Origin: Tubiluchus corallicola
Taxonomy: Eukaryota > Animalia > Priapulida
DNA: 17,301 nt
Reading direction: 5' to 3'
NCBI GenBank assembly: GCA_030141605.1
Contig: JAQGDQ010002036.1
Coordinates: forward strand, 1 to 17,301
Shown: one piece after another, positions 9,851 through 17,301 of the stretch
Numbering within the stretch: the stretch's first letter is position 1
Layout of the letters: the number at the start of each line of letters is the position of its first letter
Program-made: the position numbers and the translations under genes
The notes under the pieces: generated by a model
Databases searched by the model: none
The model's input: the letters and a program-made list of their open reading frames with translations, nothing else
What the model was told of the DNA's origin: nothing

Positions 9851-10217
9851 TAATATGTCTTTTCACAGTTCTAACGATTGATGATGATCGTGGAAATGTC
9901 AAAGGTTAAGTGTACCAGCAACTCATCTCTGTACAGTTGACAACGCCTCGCAGCCCATTCTGTTGTAATAGTAACAGTTTTGACAGCTAGCTAGAACCTT
10001 GCCTAGTTCATTTTTTCTTGATTCCAAGCAAGATTCCTCTAGTAAATCACAGACTAATGCATTATTTAGTAAAGTCCACGTGAAACAACTGAAGTTACTG
10101 AACTGATGCGGCACGTGTCACGTGACTGTTGTAGCTAAGACGCGTTGCTGTGTTACAGTTAACCTTTGACCTACAGCTGCTGCGCATGCGCGCAACGAAA
10201 CTGTGAAAAGGCTTATT
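9851..10217. repeat. Old imperfect inverted repeat (arms about 9851-9928 and 10137-10217); possible decayed MITE or foldback
   Basis: Two perfect 12-bp inverted blocks with matched spacing: CTTTTCACAGTT 9859-9870 / AACTGTGAAAAG 10199-10210, and GTCAAAGGTTAA 9898-9909 / TTAACCTTTGAC 10159-10170. CAGCAAC/GTTGCTG also pairs. Confidence 0.7.
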
Positions 10218-10612
10218 GAACTGGAACAATACATTGGTTTTGCAAATAGTCTGTATCTTGAAGTTGTGCAACTTCTTAACAGCTTCCACACACTATAGCA
10301 ACCCTCTAATTCCTGTTGCACCAGAAACCACAATTTAACAAAACAAAAAAATTCGTTCCACAGGAGATGTGATACGTATTTTATAAAGAGACAATCTATT
10401 ATAAATTTGCTCATTGCGCTGTCATTTCACCATAACAAGCATATAATTTAGTAAAAACAGTTGGCTGTACAAGTCTGTGAGTTATAACCTGTCATAATTA
10501 CGCATATTATCCAATTCTGAAACGTTTTTTATTGCTTTGATGAGTTTGGTTTTATATTATATTTTTACTTTTTAATGCTCTTTTTATTTCTTCTATTAAT
10601 GTTGATAATGCA

Positions 10613-10718
10613 TGTGTGTGTGTATGTGTGTGCATGTGTGTGTGAGTGTTTACGTGCGTGCGTACGTGCAAGAGCGTGTGCATGTGTGAGGATATGTGTG
10701 TGTGTGCGTGTGCGTGTG
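10613..10718. repeat. Degenerate (TG)n microsatellite
   Basis: Directly visible; explains the HT-rich minus-strand ORF. Confidence 0.92.
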
Positions 10719-11689
10719 TAAATAATGAACTTTTGATAACATCAACAAAATTTTTAGTTTTTATAAAACGAAGCAAGAAATGTGAACAGCAATGAAATTT
10801 TACTCGCAATGATAAAGAAAGTCATAAAATTATGAATTCTGATACATTTCATGAAAATTTGCCAAGTTTTTGCAATATATCCGAATATATTTTTCTTGTA
10901 AATCACAACAATTTGCTCTGTACTGTCATACTGCCATATAAACCCTTGTGCATCAGAAACCAATTTCATTGGCAAATAGTTGTCGTTCGTTGCTCCGTTT
11001 CCGTCAAAATCTCCAGAAAAGCAAATAACGAATTCGACTCTTTCATGCGAACAAGAACTTTGACGAAGGAGGCTTTTTCTGCAGCCTTGAAGCTTAGCTG
11101 CGTGTGGCAAATTCACTTGTCTGTACAATATTGGATCAGTAGATTTAATTTAAAATTTTCTATGGCCGACTTGATTAAATCATCAGAGACTGGTCTATTA
11201 GAAGCGACGGTCAACCAGACTCACGCAGAAACAATCAATATTTTGGCGAATTAGAGCGATGGTCTGGCAAATAGTTTATCCAAGGACCTAGTAGACTGAA
11301 GACCTCGTCTCTTAACCTGCTGTTCTTATTTAATTATGAATGTAGACCATGCTAGTATGTTTTGCCTTTGAGAGATCGTGGTTCAACTTACTGAAGATAT
11401 AAGAGAGCATCTGTTTTTGCTTGGATTTTGCGTGTTTCTGACGATGTTTTGCATTTTTATTAATGGCAACATAAAAATTCTTATTGCGGGTTTTACACAC
11501 TGCAGTAAACTTCCTTAACGTTACGTTTTATAGCTTCGTGGACTTGTTTTATAGTAACTGCCACGTGCAAATGCTTGGTAAAATTAGAGACTTGGTTAAA
11601 AAATAAAGATTAAGGTGCTTTCGAAGAGTTGTCCATATTTTATACAATTTTTGTATTCGGCTTTCTCTTTTTCAATTCTTTCATCTTTT

Positions 11690-11795
11690 ATTCATTCATT
11701 CATTCATTCATTCATTCATTCATTCATTCATTCATTCATTCATTCATTCATTCATTCATTCATTCATTCATTCATTCATTCATTCATTCATTCAT
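11690..11795. repeat. (ATTC)n microsatellite
   Basis: About 26 perfect units; explains the FIHS ORFs. Confidence 0.98.
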
Positions 11796-12058
11796 TATTT
11801 TTTCTTTGCTTGTTTCTTTCTTGCTGTCTTTCTTCCGACAGTTTTCTCCAGCTTCCTTCTCTTTTCTTATTGCTTTTAATCTCTTTTTTCTCTCTTTTCT
11901 TTCTTTTCGTTTTTTTCATCTTTCATTTTTTATTGCTATCGTCCTTCCGAGGTTTACCCCTTTATTTGTGCTTTTCCTCTCTCCTTTCTTCCTTCCTTCT
12001 TGCTTTTCCGTCTTTCTTTTCTCTTCTACTTCATTTTCGTTCTTTCCTTCAACCTTCT
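11796..12058. repeat. Polypyrimidine low-complexity tract
   Basis: Strongly C/T-biased + strand, resembling decayed (TTTC)n. Confidence 0.8.
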
Positions 12059-12701
12059 ATGTGCTTGTACCTAATTTCTTATATTTGTTATAGTAAAAAT
12101 TATGGTACATACAGCAGCATCAACACTGTCGTTACTCTGTAGGTTTGGTTTGTATGATTAAACACATGAATTAATTCGTGACGAACAAGTGGGTCAAACG
12201 AATTTATTTTTTGTCTAATCTGAGAATTTACTTAAAGCAAAACCGGAGCAAATCTTAAACTGTAGGTCAAAATAATCTGCTGTTTAAATATTGGAAGGAA
12301 ACATACTATTTTTTTTCAAAAATGACTTACGTGAAAGAATTACTACCCCCACAAGCACAATTTCACGTTCACGCCACTAGTTCTTCGCTGTTACATGCAT
12401 TTCTCCAATCGCTAATTAGACGGGTACTAGCGCCAGCATTTCGGAAACGCAATGCGCAAAAAACGGATGCTGTACCTCTCTGTTCAGATGTGTTAGTACA
12501 CATGTTCGACAGGTCATATCTTAAAAGTTTATCTTAAACCTTGCCTAATTTTAGTACAACACACTGAATATGTTACAGTAGCACTGTACTTCAATTTTCG
12601 CTTTTGCATCGCGCTCGTAGAATATTTTTGCTGTTGAAAATTATGTTAGTTTGTGATAGGCTTAATATTTTCTAAAAACGGCTTATATTATTTTTTATAA
12701 T

Positions 12702-13429
<728 letters not shown>

Positions 13430-13449
<20 letters not shown>

Positions 13450-13693
13450 GTCTCACAGGTGCCATAGGATGCTTGGCTGACAACAGAATATTATTTCTAT
13501 CCCAATAAAATGAGCAAATTATGAGCACCGGGTTTTCTAACACGAGACAATTACTGCATCAGTTGCAGGTTTTTAGCTAGAACATTTCTATCATATTACC
13601 AAAAGTGTATTAATGGAGGGTGTTGTCGAATTCTGCAACCGAGAACTTTGTTTCATTGTTTCAATTTTTTAACGGGCGTGCAGATATTAAATC
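13430..13693 (-). mobile_element. Interspersed repeat, left arm of an inverted pair (retroposon-like 3' end with (TAGA)n tail)
   Basis: Reverse complement of 14529-14799. Shared blocks include CTCACAGGTGCCAT, GGATGCTTGGCTGACAACAGAA, TGAGCAAATTATGA, CGAATTCTGCAACCGAGAACTTT and GGCGTGCAGATATTAAATC. The element class and strand are inferred from the tail. Confidence 0.75.
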
Positions 13694-14277
13694 TTTGTGT
13701 GACAGCAGTATGAAGTTATTGAAAAATAGCAAAATGCAAATAAACGCCTGGTTGGACGAGTTACCAGCGGTTAAGCGGATAAGGGTTGGCGAGTTTACCA
13801 GCATGTAAATGAGGGATGACATTTTTGTCTCCCTCCCTCAAATAATCACACACTGTAACACTCTTTTCAAATATCGCTAGTGGGCCGGAAACATCTTAAG
13901 AGACGTAATAAGTTTAAATCGCAGATTGAAGAGCTTCGCAATTGGGTTCAGTTTGCTTCAATCTAGCTCAGTCAAACGACGCAAAGTGACCGCGTAATTT
14001 CTGGAAAACTTTCTTGTCAAAGTCCATTTCGCAAACGCCAAAAGCCATTTATTTCTAAAAGCGCGGAGATTTTTGCAACAGCATCCGAGCGTAAAGCCAT
14101 CAATATCCTGTAAACTGTATTGAATGTTGTACATGAATTCTAGTGCAACTCAAGTCCAAGACTTCGTCTCGTTTAGTGTCTCGTCTTAGAGGATTAAGCT
14201 TGATAATGAAATACTGTCCGGTCCTACCACAAACATCTACAACATGATCGTCATTATCGCCATAATAGTCGTCGTCG

Positions 14278-14403
<126 letters not shown>

Positions 14404-14462
14404 TTATCTTCGCCCTGTTACTAATCATTGGGTCGGGCCTCCAGAGTACAAAAATCACACCG
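14404..14462 (-). mobile_element. Possible 3' stub of an RTE-type LINE or partner SINE whose tail is the (GAT)n tract
   Basis: Minus strand reads TGGAGGCCCGACCCAATGATTAGTAACAGGGCGAAGATAATGATGAT...: a GCCC/GGGC stem-loop directly before a trinucleotide tail. Confidence 0.4.
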
Positions 14463-14528
14463 TGTTTTGATTTATCTATATGTAGATTTTTATATTAATT
14501 TTATTTATTTGTATTTTCCTATTTTTCC

Positions 14529-14799
14529 GATTTAATATCTGCACGCCAGTTAAAAAATTGAAACAATAAAAGAAAGTTCTCGGTTGCAGAATTCGGTAAC
14601 ACCCTGTACGCAGTTAACATACTTTTGGCAATATGATAGAAAATTTCTAGCTGCAAACCTGCAACTAATGCAGCTATTGTCTTGCGTGTTAGAGAACCCG
14701 GTGTTCATAATTTGCTCAAGATATTGGAGAAGAATTGATGTTCTGTTGTCAGCCAAGCATCCAATGGCACCTGTGAGTCTAGATGGACAGATACATAGA
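14529..14799 (+). mobile_element. Interspersed repeat, right arm of the inverted pair
   Basis: Colinear reverse complement of 13430-13693 (roughly 80-85% by eye), followed by its own tetramer tail. Confidence 0.75.
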
Positions 14800-14908
14800 C
14801 AGGTAGGTAGGAAGGTAGGTAGATAGTCAGATATATGGATAGTTAGATAAAAGGATGGCTCGCTCGCTGGCTGGCTAGTTAGCTGACTGACTGATTGGCT
14901 GGCTGGCT
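14780..14908. repeat. Degenerate compound tetranucleotide tract (TAGA/TAGG/TGGC/TGAC)n
   Basis: Directly visible; opposite orientation to 12702-13449. Confidence 0.88.
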
Positions 14909-16663
14909 GTAACGTATATAAAGTACATTGCACATAAGAAATGTCTACTGAGCACAGAAGGCATCAAACCTGTTAATTATATACAAGGCATGCGACTGAC
15001 CGAATATAGACAAAAACGTCATCTACAACTAACATTACAAAAGGTATAAACTATAGTAATTATAGAACTACTGGAACTTATTTACAGAACTTACGTATTG
15101 CATATAATTAAGTGATTACTAAGATGACGAATAGAAAATGAGAAAAATCTCTGTGTGGAATAAATATTTAATTTAACCCTCGTATTTCTGTAACTGTCTT
15201 AACTTTAAAGCTGAAATCCTGGTTTAAAGCCAAGGTTAGATTCAGTTCGTACAGATCTGGTTGTGCAAGTGCCACTCACTGAGGCCACTAGGAGTAAAAC
15301 CTCACTTAGGGCAAGGTGCTGTGTTTAACTCTGTTTTCAGGTTTTCCTGGGAATACCCTTGTTTATTGTATTACTGAGATTGCTTGCAGTTCTATTTTCA
15401 TGCTTACTTCCGCTCTCATTGCTATTTTCCTTCTGTTTCTACTTCTACTTCAACATTTTTCCACTTCAATAGATTTTAAATCTTGAGTAGGGACATGTTT
15501 TCTTAATTAAAGCATAAGAAAACCCTCCACTTACATAAAGCTTAAAAATTCGCCTTGAAATTTTACATTACTTACGTACTGCTTTTTTGCATGCAGGACT
15601 TGGGTCGACTGTAGCGCTGTATAAATTATGTAAATTTAAACTCCCGCGATGACCGTTAGGCACAGCCATTTTTATGGCAGGTCATTTGAAACAAGTTTAG
15701 ATAACATTGCGTGAAGTTTTAAAAAATAATCAGAGCATTCGTAGCACACGTGTTACTAACAAAGTAAAATTTTAAATTACATTATCTTGTCCATAAGATT
15801 GAAAATGTGTTTTTGCCTGGTGGTGGTGCACCCTGGAGAGTGAGTCAGCGACATTTTACCAATTGGCACGAACATTTTAAATTATTATTTCTAGTTATAT
15901 AAGTCTTTCATGCAGGCAAGCGAAATGCTAAGTAATATAGATTTGCATGGAAAGTTTTTGGGACTTAATTTAACATTGCCTTTTCTTCCCCTGATTTACG
16001 TCTGCGTAGGTGACGTCATGTAATGGCGCGATCGGAACAGTATTTAAAATGAAGACAAACAAAAATTCCTTTTAACGCGAGTACGATATACGCATAAAAT
16101 TGCTATAGAGCAATACAATTTTTAAGGCGATTTTTCTATAACCCATTTCAAGTACCCTTTCTTGTCCTTTAACTTTTCTTCAATCTTATTTACATCTGTT
16201 CATCATTTCTTTTATCTGCTTACAGGTAGTCTCAAACGTCGTATTTTGGCAACAAATACCATAAATTTTGCCTGCCATCTTCGTGAGCTTAGCTAGTAAA
16301 GAAGGAAGAGAGTGGGAGAAATAATGAGCCAAGTTGAATCCCATTGCCTGTTATAGTTCATAATCCCCATCATACGGTGACAATGCTTGAGTCTCATCTT
16401 GAAGTCCCTAATGGGGCAATTTGGAAGCATTTGCTGTGGCTAATCGCTTTCATTACAGTAGTTTAGAGCACGCCAGAAACACGTGCACGCAATTTGTGAA
16501 GCTTTGAGCGAGTTGTTGTGGTTATTCTCCATAATGCAATGTACTGTCAACTAAACACTCTAAGATACTTTTGCGAGCTTTTTTTGACGACGCTACTCGT
16601 ATTAGTCTTGAGAAATGCTAATCATTCATTGGTGTTTATATGTTAACTAGGAGAAACCATGGC

Positions 16664-16723
16664 AGAGGTGTCGCCAGGGTTGGTGTCACTCGGCGCGGCC
16701 TGCACGCCCCTAGCGACGCCACT
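16664..16723. mobile_element. 60-bp MITE-like element with 16-bp imperfect terminal inverted repeats
   Basis: Left end AGAGGTGTCGCCAGGG versus reverse complement of right end AGTGGCGTCGCTAGGG (13/16 match). A sharply GC-rich island in AT-rich DNA. Confidence 0.65.
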
Positions 16724-17301
16724 CAGCCGTCGTTATACTGCAAAAACGTATACTGCACATTGAAGATCAAACTGGAATCATCATAATAATCCCAGTCATG
16801 TTATGTATCAACATTCTAAGTAGTTTCGTATTTGCTACACTTCATCTGTTAACGATGGTAATAGACAAACAGATACTACTTATATCATTATATTAGTAGT
16901 ATAACTAAAATCCAGTCTGAAAATTGTATTTTGTGGGTTGACAGCGCTTCCGCCATGTTAAATTAAAGTGAAAGCTTTTATGGTAATGGTTACGGTATGG
17001 TAGTGGCAAGTTGTGATGATGATATTATGGAGATGCGAGAATTTCAAGCTGCTCAATGCTTGTGTCCTACTTTCGGCAAATTTGGTGCGAAATATACGCT
17101 AAAAGTGCTAAAAACGTCCAATCTATAATATCAATATAACAGGTTTCAACTTCCACATTGTGCATCTGATACTAATTACACAGACTCAACTTTCATCTAC
17201 CCCCGCCCCTGACTCCATATAACGATTAAAAATGAAATTTTTTTAAAAGAATAATGTAATGTAATATGTGTTATGTTAGTTTAGTGTTCATCTGCTTCAG
17301 G

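Noticed and set aside
14550-14933. ORFs 14584-14826 (+) and 14550-14933 (-)
   Set aside because: They lie in a repeat arm whose partner copy has frame-breaking indels, and no domain is recognisable.
15190-15340. Possible very old tRNA/CORE-type SINE (CCTGGTTTAAAGCC; CTTAGGGCAAGG)
   Set aside because: Similarity to the B box and CORE consensus is too weak to support without a profile search.
15341-15486. Acceptor-like TTTTCAG followed by a hydrophobic frame (FPGNTLVYCITEIACSSIFMLTSALIAIFLLFLLLLQHF...)
   Set aside because: The hydrophobicity is explained by T-rich composition, and there is no family motif.
16201-16296. Strong acceptor-like TTTCTTTTATCTGCTTACAG|GTAGT as exon 2
   Set aside because: All three frames stop within about 70 nt and show no LGIC similarity.

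Overview
AT-rich, microsatellite-dense eukaryotic (invertebrate-like) genomic DNA that is almost entirely non-coding. None of the ORFs in the supplied track looks like a real protein; many are translations of simple repeats. The one clear gene signal is missing from the track: a spliced terminal exon at 2233-2403 (+) encoding [20 protein letters not shown]..., the M4 helix and C-terminus of a nicotinic acetylcholine receptor (Cys-loop LGIC) subunit. Bases 1-2232 are its last intron and carry two minisatellites, one of which runs into the splice acceptor. A possible signal-peptide first exon of a second gene lies at 5752-5827 (alternatively an AG|GT recursive splice site). Downstream are a decayed tRNA-like element with TGTAATG...CATTACA ends (6041-6155), an inverted pair of Penelope-like fragments carrying minimal hammerhead ribozyme motifs around a (TA)n tract (7802-8168), an old inverted repeat (9851-10217), a large inverted pair with microsatellite tails (13430-14799) and a tiny MITE-like hairpin (16664-16723). 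All alignments and identities were judged by eye; no searches were run.
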